This document shows positions 10,885-19,487 of a stretch of 46,469 bases of DNA, piece by piece (position 1 is the stretch's first letter; each line of letters starts with the position of its first letter). The position numbers and the translations under genes were made by a program. Under the pieces are notes generated by a model that searched no databases, was not told where the DNA came from, and saw only the letters and a program-made list of their open reading frames with translations. Source of the stretch: an uncultured cyanobacterium (GTDB taxonomy: Bacteria > Cyanobacteriota > Cyanobacteriia > CAKZMO01); assembly GCA_963719515.1 (NCBI GenBank), contig CAVRCJ010000002.1, positions 1 through 46,469 on the forward strand, given 5' to 3'.

Positions 10885-11277
10885 TCAGCGCGCGAAAGGC
10901 TGCTCGTGTAGCGTTGGCTCCTCTAACCGGTCTGGCACATCAATCACGGACTCTTGGAGAGCATTTGACCATAGCTTGAGGATTGGACCGGCCTTTCCCA
11001 CTCGTATCTCCATACCGCTTGTGGTCACCCAAGCTATCTCGACCTGCTGGCCATCGATAAATATGCCGTTGGTGCCGATATTCTCTAGCTTCCAAGAATC
11101 GAAGACGTGCTTTAGCTCAATGTGGTGACGGGAAACCAGCGAGTTGGCCAGGATAATATCGTTATCAGCAGCGCGGCCAATCTTGATATGCGGCTTGTCC
11201 TCAAATATCCACACGTCGATCGGCTCTTCAGTTTTGGGCTGGTGCAGCGTCACCCTAATCTGAAATGTGCGGGCCAT
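10885..11277 (-). CDS. Small FHA-domain protein
   Basis: FHA signature IGRAADND..VSRHH..GTNG; AGGAG RBS before ATG 11277. Confidence 0.85.
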   Translation of the reverse strand: MARTFQIRVTLHQPKTEEPIDVWIFEDKPHIKIGRAADNDIILANSLVSRHHIELKHVFDSWKLENIGTNGIFIDGQQVEIAWVTTSGMEIRVGKAGPILKLWSNALQESVIDVPDRLEEPTLHEQPFAR

Positions 11278-11385
11278 GGCCTTACTCCTCTCGTGCGGCA
11301 ATTTATAGTGCCCAGGCTAGAAACCCTGGCAACAGGCCCGAAAAGAAGCCCCAGCTGACTGGCCAGAGCTTTGCGTTCGGCCTGC

Positions 11386-11433
11386 CGACTAGAACACTGC
11401 TGCCGCTCAAGAGCGATCGCACAATATCGTCTT
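11386..11433 (-). repeat. Diverged direct duplicate of recQ 5' coding segment (other copy at 10663-10710)
   Basis: 48-bp ungapped alignment with 36/48 identity, including the exact 22-mer AGCGATCGCACAATATCGTCTT. It translates DDIVRSLLSGSSVLV versus recQ DDIVRSLLQGSDTLV. Confidence 0.85.
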
Positions 11434-11454
11434 AGGACGCCAGCCTAGTCCAAC

Positions 11455-11766
11455 TCAGGTTTTACCTCGCCACCGCAAACTATTTTGATTTAGCTCATAA
11501 ATATAGCTATCCGGCTTCTCAGTAATCGCCTCCGCGATCGCGATCGCCCCTTTCAACTGCTTCGCCGTCAGCTGCTTATAGGCCGCCCCTGCCCGGCGAT
11601 CCAGCGCCTCATACCAGCACCGCTCAAACAAGTTATCGAGCACAATGCGCTGGAAGCAGTGGTTAAAGCGGACGGGAAACTGACGCTCTCCGGCTAGCTG
11701 GGGCAAGGTTTCGTTAGTGAGCTGTAGGTAGCGCTGACGCAGCGGGCCCAAGGTAGGGTGGCTCAT
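11455..11766 (-). CDS. Small conserved hypothetical protein
   Basis: 103 aa; ATGA overlap with the upstream kinase stop; motif FPVRFNHCFQRIVLDN..NQNSLRWRGK resembles a small bacterial family I recall being loosely labelled acetyltransferase. Confidence 0.7.
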   Translation of the reverse strand: MSHPTLGPLRQRYLQLTNETLPQLAGERQFPVRFNHCFQRIVLDNLFERCWYEALDRRAGAAYKQLTAKQLKGAIAIAEAITEKPDSYIYELNQNSLRWRGKT

Positions 11767-12623
11767 GCCACCAGCCGGTCAATCATACCGTTGGCCTGGG
11801 ACAGATACCCCCCGCCAAACTGATTGAAGTGGTTGAGAATGTGGTAGAGGTTGTACAAAATTTTGCGGCGCTCGTAGCCCGGCGGAATAGGATAGGCCGT
11901 CTCGTAGGCTTGGTAAAACTCTTTGGGGAAGCTGCCAAATAGGGTACTCATGGCCAAATCCACCTCGCGATCGCCGTAGTAGGTCGCGGGGTCGAAGATT
12001 ACTGGTTCGCCGCCTTCCGTGACGGCAGCGTTGCCGGACCACAGATCGCCGTGGACCAGGGACGGTTCGGGGTGGTGGCCTGACAAAAGCTCAGGAATGG
12101 CCTGCAGCAGCGCCTCTTGCTTCGGGAAATGGCCGCCGCGCTTACGGGCCAGCTTCAGCTGATAGCCGATACGGTGGTCGCGGAAAAAGGTAGCCCAATC
12201 GTCCGTCCAGGTATTTTGCTGGGGGATAAAGCCGATGGTGTTGTTCTGGTCCCAGCCGAAGCGATCGCGCGTTGCCCGGTGCATGTCGGCCAAATTTCGT
12301 CCCATGGTTTCCCAAGAGGCGTGGGTACCGTAGCCAAACGCTAGCCACTCCAACACGACGTAGGCAGACCCCTCCACAGTCCCCCAGCAAACCGGATAAG
12401 GGACGCGAATAGTTTTGGTTTGAGCCATTTCTTTGAGCCCTTTGACCTCCGCCTCAAACATGGCGACGCGGGTCGCCTCGTTGAACTTCACGAAGTAGGC
12501 CAAGTCGCCCTCAGACAGCACGTAGGCGCTGTTGACGCTGCCACCGCCAACAGGGCGATGATGGTCTCCTTTGAAGGGGCGTTGGGTCGCTTGGCTGATA
12601 TGGGCAGCGATGTGGGACCACAT
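11763..12623 (-). CDS. Fructosamine/ketosamine kinase family protein
   Basis: GGGSVN, FVK, MFEAE, FGWDQNNTIG, PSLVHGDLWSGN, IFDPATYYGDREVDLAM. Confidence 0.95.
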   Translation of the reverse strand: MWSHIAAHISQATQRPFKGDHHRPVGGGSVNSAYVLSEGDLAYFVKFNEATRVAMFEAEVKGLKEMAQTKTIRVPYPVCWGTVEGSAYVVLEWLAFGYGTHASWETMGRNLADMHRATRDRFGWDQNNTIGFIPQQNTWTDDWATFFRDHRIGYQLKLARKRGGHFPKQEALLQAIPELLSGHHPEPSLVHGDLWSGNAAVTEGGEPVIFDPATYYGDREVDLAMSTLFGSFPKEFYQAYETAYPIPPGYERRKILYNLYHILNHFNQFGGGYLSQANGMIDRLVA

Positions 12624-12775
12624 AGGCGTATATCGGGCGCTGCTTAGATCTTTCTTCTTTGAGTCTGTCCTAATCGGGCTGAGTTGTCTAGGCCAAATAG
12701 CGATAGCGAGCGACCCTGGCTAACCTGGGCACCCTGAAGCCATCGATAATACAGCGCCGAGCGTTAGCTGCTCAT

Positions 12776-14380
12776 ATGGTCTCAGGGTACATTTTCTGCC
12801 TCGCTTACCTCATTGGACTGCTGCTGAGCGGTCTTGCCCACGGCTGGCTCTACGGCTTGGGGGTGGGCGTGATTGCGACTGCTGCCTTGCCCCGCTTCTG
12901 GCGTTATGGTCCCCCCCGTTCAACCTTGGCAGCGGCCACGGGAATTGCGATCGCCGCTGGCGCTTACCTGCAGCTGCGGACACCATCGCCGACGCTCTAC
13001 GACGTCAGCTACTGGGTCAGCTCCGACGCCGAGGTCAGCTGCGTCAGCGGCACCCTCAAAGAATCACCCCAGCTGACGCGGCGCGGCCAGCTCAAGGTGC
13101 CGCTCAACGCCGCTCAAATTGAGATTTCTAGGAACGAGCGAGCGGCTTCTGAGGAAGCCCTACAAAAGAGACCAAACAACCCCTCTGCGCCAGGACAGCC
13201 CCCAGCGCAGAGCCAAACTGGGCATTCCCTTTCAGACCCTGTAGACGTTGAAGGTCGTCTATACGTCACCCTGCCGCTGCTGCAGGGCACCGGACTCTAC
13301 CCCACCCAGTTCGTCCGTGCCTGCGGCCAGCTCTATGCTCCTCGGGTCCCGCAAAATCCCAGCGGCTTTGATTTTGCAGCTTATTTGGCGCAGCAGGGCA
13401 TCTTTGCCGGTCTTAAAGCCGCCACCGTTGTGCCCATTGGCCCGTCAGCGCCAACCCTACTCTGGCAGCTGCGCCAGCGCATCGTGCAGTCCTTTGTGCG
13501 GCCTTTGGGCAGCCCCAAGGGTGTCTTGCTGAGCGCCATGGTGATAGGACGGCGAGCGGTGGACCTGCCCTACGACGTGCGAGATCCGTTTAGTCAGGCG
13601 GGGCTAGCCCACACGCTGGCGGCGTCAGGATTCCACGTATCACTACTGCTGGGGCTATTTTTGGCGGTCTCCCAGCGGCTTTCAGCGTCGGTGCGGCTGG
13701 GGCTAGGAATGGCGCTGCTAGCGGGCTACGCCGGTCTCACCGGACTACAGGCTTCCATCTGCCGAGCGGCGTTTATGGGTGCAGCGGCGCTGATGGGCAA
13801 CATGCTGGAGCGTCAGACCCGTCCGGTGGGGCTGCTGCTGCTGGCGGCCGTGCTGATCTTACTGCTCAACCCCATTTGGATTTGGGATTTGGGGTTTCAG
13901 CTCAGCTTTTTAGCGACCCTAGGGCTGCTGGTGACTACGAGCTCGCTCACCCAGCGGCTCGACTGGCTACCTACTCCAGTCGCTACGGCGCTAGCGGTTC
14001 CCATGGCGGCGATCGCCTGGACCTTGCCGATTCAGCTGTGGGCCTTTGGCACCCTGTCGCCCTACAGCCTACCTCTGAACGTGGTGATGACGCCGCTGAT
14101 TTCGTTGATTAGTCTGGTGGGCATGGTCGATGCGGCGATCGCTCTGATTTCACCCGCTCTTGCTAGCAGCGTAGCGCAGCTGCTGAGCCTGCCCATTGAG
14201 ATACTGATGGGTAGCGTCACGCTGGTGAACCAGCTGCCGGGGCAGACCCTCGCCCTCAGTCAGTCCCTGCCGCAGGTGGGGCTAATGTACGGGGCGCTTG
14301 GAGTGATGCGCTTTGCACCTCCACGTTCTCGGCTGTTTCTTGGCGTCGCGGTGGTGGGAATGCTGCTAGCGGGGCGATAG
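12776..14380 (+). CDS. comEC: ComEC/Rec2 competence protein (DUF4131 + Competence domain, no C-terminal metallo-beta-lactamase-like domain)
   Basis: NPSGFDFAAYL, AGLAHTLAASGFHV, ASICRAAFM and DLGFQLSFLAT motifs; multiple TM segments. Confidence 0.9.
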   Translation: MVSGYIFCLAYLIGLLLSGLAHGWLYGLGVGVIATAALPRFWRYGPPRSTLAAATGIAIAAGAYLQLRTPSPTLYDVSYWVSSDAEVSCVSGTLKESPQLTRRGQLKVPLNAAQIEISRNERAASEEALQKRPNNPSAPGQPPAQSQTGHSLSDPVDVEGRLYVTLPLLQGTGLYPTQFVRACGQLYAPRVPQNPSGFDFAAYLAQQGIFAGLKAATVVPIGPSAPTLLWQLRQRIVQSFVRPLGSPKGVLLSAMVIGRRAVDLPYDVRDPFSQAGLAHTLAASGFHVSLLLGLFLAVSQRLSASVRLGLGMALLAGYAGLTGLQASICRAAFMGAAALMGNMLERQTRPVGLLLLAAVLILLLNPIWIWDLGFQLSFLATLGLLVTTSSLTQRLDWLPTPVATALAVPMAAIAWTLPIQLWAFGTLSPYSLPLNVVMTPLISLISLVGMVDAAIALISPALASSVAQLLSLPIEILMGSVTLVNQLPGQTLALSQSLPQVGLMYGALGVMRFAPPRSRLFLGVAVVGMLLAGR

Positions 14381-14438
14381 CTGGTGGGGCGGTGACTGCA
14401 GCAGCGCCTGCTGAATCGCACTGGCGGCGGGGCGATCG

Positions 14439-14468
14439 CCTCAAAGAACATTTCCTCAAAGAACATTT
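14439..14468. repeat. Perfect 15-bp tandem duplication
   Basis: CCTCAAAGAACATTT twice, directly after a HIP1 site. Confidence 0.85.
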
Positions 14469-14570
14469 ACAGAATAGAGGGGAAGATCAAATTTTGGCGC
14501 GCCAACCCTCTAGCCAAGTTAGCCCTCAGCTCAGTACAATAGCGAGTACTCTACTGCTGCAATATCATCT

Positions 14571-14657
14571 GGAGAGGTGGCAGAGTGGTCGAATGCGGCG
14601 GATTCGAAATCCGCTATGGGGTCAAACTCATCGGGGGTTCGAATCCCCCCCTCTCCG
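14571..14657 (+). tRNA. trnS: tRNA-Ser (anticodon CGA)
   Basis: Acceptor GGAGAGG/CCTCTCC plus discriminator G; D-loop AGTGGTCGAA; anticodon arm GCGGA-TTCGAAA-TCCGC; long variable arm; T-arm GGGGGTTCGAATCCCCC; no encoded CCA. Confidence 0.96.
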
Positions 14658-14665
14658 TTCCTGTT

Positions 14666-14905
14666 CTACAGTGACCTTGACGTCAGCGCTTCGCTTTCAG
14701 CTAGCCCATTGGCGGGGATCTGAATGTATCCTGGCGCGATCGCTTGGGGGGCTGTCGCCGCTGGCTCTACCTTGAACTGCCCGGTGATCGGCGCAGGCAC
14801 CATCTCGCCCCGGAAGTCCAGAAACTGCACCAGCAGCAGGTAGGCAATGCTCAGCAGCAGGGCGATCGCCCCAGTAATCACGGCGACGATTTTTGAACGA
14901 TCCAT
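14666..14905 (-). CDS. Small single-TM conserved cyanobacterial protein
   Basis: MDRSKIVAVITGAIALLLSIAYLLLVQFLDFRGEMVPAP resembles a widespread cyanobacterial small membrane protein. Confidence 0.75.
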   Translation of the reverse strand: MDRSKIVAVITGAIALLLSIAYLLLVQFLDFRGEMVPAPITGQFKVEPAATAPQAIAPGYIQIPANGLAESEALTSRSL

Positions 14906-15011
14906 AATGGCTTAGTCAGCGGGGGTGATGGGTAGAACCTAGCGCCGCAGCGCAGTTTCTCCATCTTACCCCTAGCGCCTCTATAGAGATCAGCGCTAGG
15001 ATTCTCCCGAT

Positions 15012-15059
15012 GCATCATACTGGTGGGGCATCGTACTGGTTGCGCATCGTATTAGCCTA
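15012..15059. repeat. Three imperfect 16-bp tandem repeats
   Basis: GCATCATACTGGTGGG / GCATCGTACTGGTTGC / GCATCGTATTAGCCTA. Confidence 0.7.
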
Positions 15060-15062
15060 GCC

Positions 15063-16043
15063 ATGGCAGAGCCTCTCACAGCCACGACCCAAACCGCGCC
15101 CCCCGCCATTCAGACCCATGAGCTACAGAAGGTCTACCGAACGGGGTTTTGGCTCAATCAGCGAAAGCAGACTCTGCGCCACTGCTCGCTGCAGATTCGA
15201 GCGGGGGAGACTTTTGGCCTCCTGGGGCCCAACGGAGCCGGAAAAACGACGCTGCTGAAGATATTGCTGGGCATCACCCGCCCCACCGCCGGCCACGGCA
15301 CCTTGCTGGGCGCACCCTTAGGCGATCGCGCCACAAAGCAGCGGGTGGGCTACTTGCCCGAGAACCCTTACTTCTACGACTTTTTGACGGGCTGGGAGTT
15401 TTTGCGCTACGCCGCCGAACTGTTTCAAATGCCCCGCAGCCAGCAAAGCCAGCGCATTTTGGACCTGCTGCACCGGGTGGGATTAGATCCCCAAGTGGCC
15501 CGCAATACCGCTATGGAAAAGTATTCCAAGGGGATGCTGCAGCGGGTAGGCATGGCGCAGGCGCTGATTAATGACCCAGATTTGGTGTTCTTAGATGAGC
15601 CCATGTCGGGACTTGACCCCCTAGGTCGTTACCAAATGCGAGAGCTGATTGCAGGACTTAAAGCCCAAGGCAAGACGGTATTCTTTAACAGCCATGTCCT
15701 CTCCGACGTCGAGCAAATCTGCGATCGCGTCGGCATTTTGCTGGAGGGGGAGCTGGTGCGCTGCGGCACGGTGGCCGAGCTGCTGGAGGCGGAGCCCCGC
15801 TATCAAGTGGTGCTGGAGGGGTGTGACGAGGCAGCGCTCCAGCACATTCCCGATCTGGAGACCAGCACCACAATGCACGGTCAGTGGCGCGGGACCACCC
15901 CAGCGCCGCCTCAGTCTTGGGTCGGCAAGCTACCCACTGGGGTTCGAGTCGTTGAAGTGGCTTTGACGCGGCCTACCCTAGAAGAATTCTTCATCAGCCA
16001 AGTGCAGCGGCGAGCGGGCGATCGCAGGGCCACAACACCGTAG
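15063..16043 (+). CDS. ABC-2 type transporter ATP-binding protein
   Basis: Walker A GPNGAGKT, signature YSKGM, Walker B LVFLDEP, H-loop NSH. Confidence 0.93.
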   Translation: MAEPLTATTQTAPPAIQTHELQKVYRTGFWLNQRKQTLRHCSLQIRAGETFGLLGPNGAGKTTLLKILLGITRPTAGHGTLLGAPLGDRATKQRVGYLPENPYFYDFLTGWEFLRYAAELFQMPRSQQSQRILDLLHRVGLDPQVARNTAMEKYSKGMLQRVGMAQALINDPDLVFLDEPMSGLDPLGRYQMRELIAGLKAQGKTVFFNSHVLSDVEQICDRVGILLEGELVRCGTVAELLEAEPRYQVVLEGCDEAALQHIPDLETSTTMHGQWRGTTPAPPQSWVGKLPTGVRVVEVALTRPTLEEFFISQVQRRAGDRRATTP

Positions 16044-16056
16044 GACATAGAACACG

Positions 16057-16118
16057 GTAGGGACACAGCATGCTGTGCCCTTCCTCACAAGACTTAGAGC
16101 GATCGCATGCGTCCCTAC
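16057..16118. repeat. GTAG-type REP-like palindromes between convergent genes
   Basis: GTAGGGACACAGCATGCTGTGCCCTTC (16057-16083) and an inverted GTAGGGACGCATGCGATCGC on the minus strand (16118-16099). Confidence 0.55.
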
Positions 16119-17590
16119 GCCACCACCATTCCCTGACGGGGCGGCACCGTCAGCATCAAAGTCGTGTCTTGCCAGATGGCCTCGCCGCCCCCGTAAAGGA
16201 TTTTATCGGGCTTAACTTCGGTCAGCACATCGGACTTTAGAGAAAGGGTGACCCGCTCTTCCCCCGCATTGACGGCGACGACAACAAAATCATCGCCCAA
16301 GCGGCGGTAGAAAACATACACCAGCCCCTCCGCCGCCAGCACCTCATACTCCCCGGTCCGCAGGGCGGGGTGGGCCTGGCGCAGAGCAATCAGCTGTCGG
16401 TGCGTCTCCAGCATGTCCTGGTTCCAGTCTTCCTCGCTGGGGAAAGTGCGGCGGCAGTCGGGGTCGCGCGCGCCTGGCAGCCCCACCTCATCGCCGTAGT
16501 AAATGCTGGGGGCACCGGGAAAGGTCAGCAGCAGCAGCGTGGCCAACCGGACCGTGTTGCGGCCCTCACCAGCGGTGGGGGCGTCAGAGGATTCTCCGCC
16601 AGCAATGGTCAGCAGCCGGGCGGTGTCGTGGCTGGACAGCAGGTTGAGCTGAGTGAGCTGAATCTCCCAGGGATAGAGAGCCAGCAGGGCCTGCATCTTG
16701 CTGGCATAGGCGGCGGCGTCGAGGGCCGGGGTGGCGCGGTAGTCGATGTTCTCGACGTGCTCAGGAATGACGCGATCGCCCGCCGTAAAGGCAATGGTCG
16801 GCCCCGTAAACAGGTAGTTCATTACCCCATCGAACTGGGTACCGTCGAGCCACTCTCGCGAATCGGTCCACACCTCTCCCACGATGTAGGCTTCGGGGTT
16901 CACTGCCTTAACGCGATCGCGAAAGGTCTGCCAAAACCCCGGCGTTTTGACCTCAAAAGGAACGTCCAGCCGCCAGCCGTCGATGCCCAGTTTCAGCCAG
17001 TACTCCGCCACCTCCATGATGTATTCCTTCACCTGGGAGTTGTCGTGGTTGAACTGGGGCAGGGCGCGGTTGTCTACCCAGCTGCGGTAGTTGGCGGGGA
17101 GGTTACCGTCATAGGCCGACAGGGGCCAGGCTTCCACCGTGAACCAGTCTAGCCAGGGCGAGAAAGGGCCGTTTTCCAAAATGTCGCTGAAGTAGAAGAA
17201 GCCGCGACTGGCGTGGTTGAAAACGCCATCGAGCACTACCCGCATCTCTCTCTCGTGAGCCGCACTTAGAAGATCCTTGAGGGCGGCATTTCCCCCTAGG
17301 AGCGGGTCAACTTGATAGTAGTCGTGGGTGTGGTAACGGTGGTTGCTGGTGGACTGAAAAACCGGCGTGAAGTAGATGGCGGTGACGCCCAGCGATCGCA
17401 GACGGTCTAGATGATCAATCACGCCCCACAGATCGCCACCCTTGTAGCCTTGGGCTGTTGGCGGCGTATTCCACTCTTCTAGAGGCACCTGCATCGGCGT
17501 TGGTTTGCTGCGCTGGCTTTTAGCAAAGCGGTCCGGAAAGATCTGATAGAAAACAGCGTGCTTAACCCAGTCGGGCGTCTGAACTTGCAT
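16115..17590 (-). CDS. Glycoside hydrolase family 13 (neopullulanase/cyclomaltodextrinase-like)
   Basis: YQIFPDRF, DGVFNH, and catalytic regions DGWRLDV, GEVW, SSHD. Confidence 0.93.
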   Translation of the reverse strand: MQVQTPDWVKHAVFYQIFPDRFAKSQRSKPTPMQVPLEEWNTPPTAQGYKGGDLWGVIDHLDRLRSLGVTAIYFTPVFQSTSNHRYHTHDYYQVDPLLGGNAALKDLLSAAHEREMRVVLDGVFNHASRGFFYFSDILENGPFSPWLDWFTVEAWPLSAYDGNLPANYRSWVDNRALPQFNHDNSQVKEYIMEVAEYWLKLGIDGWRLDVPFEVKTPGFWQTFRDRVKAVNPEAYIVGEVWTDSREWLDGTQFDGVMNYLFTGPTIAFTAGDRVIPEHVENIDYRATPALDAAAYASKMQALLALYPWEIQLTQLNLLSSHDTARLLTIAGGESSDAPTAGEGRNTVRLATLLLLTFPGAPSIYYGDEVGLPGARDPDCRRTFPSEEDWNQDMLETHRQLIALRQAHPALRTGEYEVLAAEGLVYVFYRRLGDDFVVVAVNAGEERVTLSLKSDVLTEVKPDKILYGGGEAIWQDTTLMLTVPPRQGMVVA

Positions 17591-17769
17591 ATACCTATAG
17601 GAATTTTAGGAGGCGTCATGGCATACCGTAATGATTTCACCATACTTTGTCACGCTCCATTTGATAGACTTTACACCATTGAGGAAATTTATTAAGACCG
17701 TGACGCCCAGCAGATCACGTTAGAGATAGACAAGAATCGGGCAACTATTTAGAAGGGAAAGCAGCAGAT

Positions 17770-18909
17770 ATGAAGCGTCGAAAATTTGTTACCGGTGCCG
17801 CTATTGGAGCCACAACCGCCATAGCAGCCGTAGCCTGTAGTGGTGATAGTGAGGGCACTTCTGAAGGTGGTAATCAAAGCGCCAGCCCTACGGTGCAGAC
17901 GGACGAAGCTCCTAGCGTTGAATGGCGGATGGCCTCTAGCTATACCCCCAGTCTAGATACGGTCTACGGGGGGAGTGAGGTATTTATTGAGCGAGTCAAG
18001 GCGCTCACCAACGGTAAGTTCACCATCGATATTTTTGCCTCTGGTGAGCTTGTTCCGGGGTTGGAGGTGCTCGACGCCGTGCAGCAGGGCACCGTTCAGG
18101 CCGGACACACCAATTCTTATTACTACCGTGGTAAAAACGAGGCATTAGCCTTTGACACCGCCGTCCCCTTTGGGTTGAACTACCGTCAGCAAACGGCCTG
18201 GCTATACGAAGGCGGCGGACTGGATTTGGTCCACGAGCTGCTATCGGACTTCAATATTATTAGCTTCCCGGCGGGCAACACCGGCACCCAGATGGGCGGC
18301 TGGTGGAACAAGGAAATTAACACCCCCAGCGATCTCCAAGGGCTCAACATGCGTATTCCTGGCTTGGGGGGAGAAGTGCTCAAGCGGCTGGGGGTAAACG
18401 TGCAAAACCTCGCGGGTGGGGAGATTTTTCAGGCGCTGCAGCTGGGCACCATTGACGCGGCAGAATTTGTGGGCCCCTACGACGACGAAAAGCTAGGTCT
18501 TTACAAAGCCGCTAAAACCTACTATTACCCTGGCTGGTGGGAGCCCGCATCTCAGTATTCGTTCTACTTCAATCTGGATGAGTGGAATAAGCTGCCAACC
18601 ACCTATCAAGAAATTCTTAAAACGGCTGCCGCCGAGACTCACAGTACGATTATGGCCCGCTACGACGCCCGCAACCCCGGTGCGCTAGCCAAACTGCTCG
18701 ATCAAGGCGTGGAGCTTAAGCGCTTTCCCAATGAAATTATGGCCCCGGCGCGAGAAGCGGCCTTCGAACTTTATGAGGAGCTAGCCTCCGCAGACGCCGC
18801 CTACAACAAAATCTACTCGGCCTGGCAGCAGTTTCGCGAGCAGTCTAATCAGTGGTTTTCAAGTTCTGAGCTGGGCTACACCGACTTCGCGTTTAGCCAG
18901 AATACATAA
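17770..18909 (+). CDS. TRAP transporter substrate-binding protein (DctP/TakP-like), twin-arginine lipoprotein signal
   Basis: MKRRKFV..AVAC signal; GNTGTQMGGW, MRIPGLGG, DAAEFVGPYDD, YYYPGWWEP. Confidence 0.9.
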   Translation: MKRRKFVTGAAIGATTAIAAVACSGDSEGTSEGGNQSASPTVQTDEAPSVEWRMASSYTPSLDTVYGGSEVFIERVKALTNGKFTIDIFASGELVPGLEVLDAVQQGTVQAGHTNSYYYRGKNEALAFDTAVPFGLNYRQQTAWLYEGGGLDLVHELLSDFNIISFPAGNTGTQMGGWWNKEINTPSDLQGLNMRIPGLGGEVLKRLGVNVQNLAGGEIFQALQLGTIDAAEFVGPYDDEKLGLYKAAKTYYYPGWWEPASQYSFYFNLDEWNKLPTTYQEILKTAAAETHSTIMARYDARNPGALAKLLDQGVELKRFPNEIMAPAREAAFELYEELASADAAYNKIYSAWQQFREQSNQWFSSSELGYTDFAFSQNT

Positions 18910-19217
18910 GCCTGTACGTCTGGCCTATTTGGTCTAACCTATTTGCAAGGGGTGATGCCCGGAAGAGAATGAGCAGCAGAGTCCCTCTTCTATGCCTGCT
19001 CTAAAATTGCTCTAGCGTCACAAAATGTCATAAAACATCGACCTTAATCCTACATTAAGGCCGATGTTTTGCGTAACAAATTCGCGAAACCGTTACGATT
19101 TATAGCTTTATCGAGAGCGATCGCGGTCTTTCCTTCTATAGGTGGATGATTGGCGGGGAAAATGCCGATATTCTGCTGACGGCTTGAGTAATACTTTACG
19201 CAAAGGACGAAACCTCC

Positions 19218-19487
19218 ATGTTGAATCTGCTTATCTGGATTATTGTCGGCATCATTGTCGGTGCGATCGCCAAGGCTATCTATCCTGGACATCAGGGTGG
19301 CGGCATTCTGGGCTCCCTAATACTCGGTATCATCGGTTCTTTTATCGGTGGTTTTCTGGCAAATTTGATCCAAAACGGAACTTTGGCATTAGCTTCCTCA
19401 GGCTTTAGCCTGCTGGGAATAATTCTCGCGATCATTGGTTCTTTGATTGCTATTTTCATCTGGCAGCAAATTGCAAAGCGTACCTAA
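19218..19487 (+). CDS. GlsB/YeaQ/YmgE (transglycosylase-associated) family membrane protein
   Basis: WIIVGIIVGAIAKAIYPG..GG...LILGIIGSFIGG; three TM helices. Confidence 0.88.
   Translation: MLNLLIWIIVGIIVGAIAKAIYPGHQGGGILGSLILGIIGSFIGGFLANLIQNGTLALASSGFSLLGIILAIIGSLIAIFIWQQIAKRT

Noticed and set aside
14571..14700. tRNA-Ser as a genomic island attachment site
   Set aside because: I saw no integrase and no duplicated tRNA 3' end in the window, and the flanking genes are ordinary cyanobacterial genes.
14392..14775. 127-aa ORF after comEC as a possible split C-terminal domain
   Set aside because: It runs through the tRNA-Ser gene and a tandem duplication and shows no lactamase-like motif.
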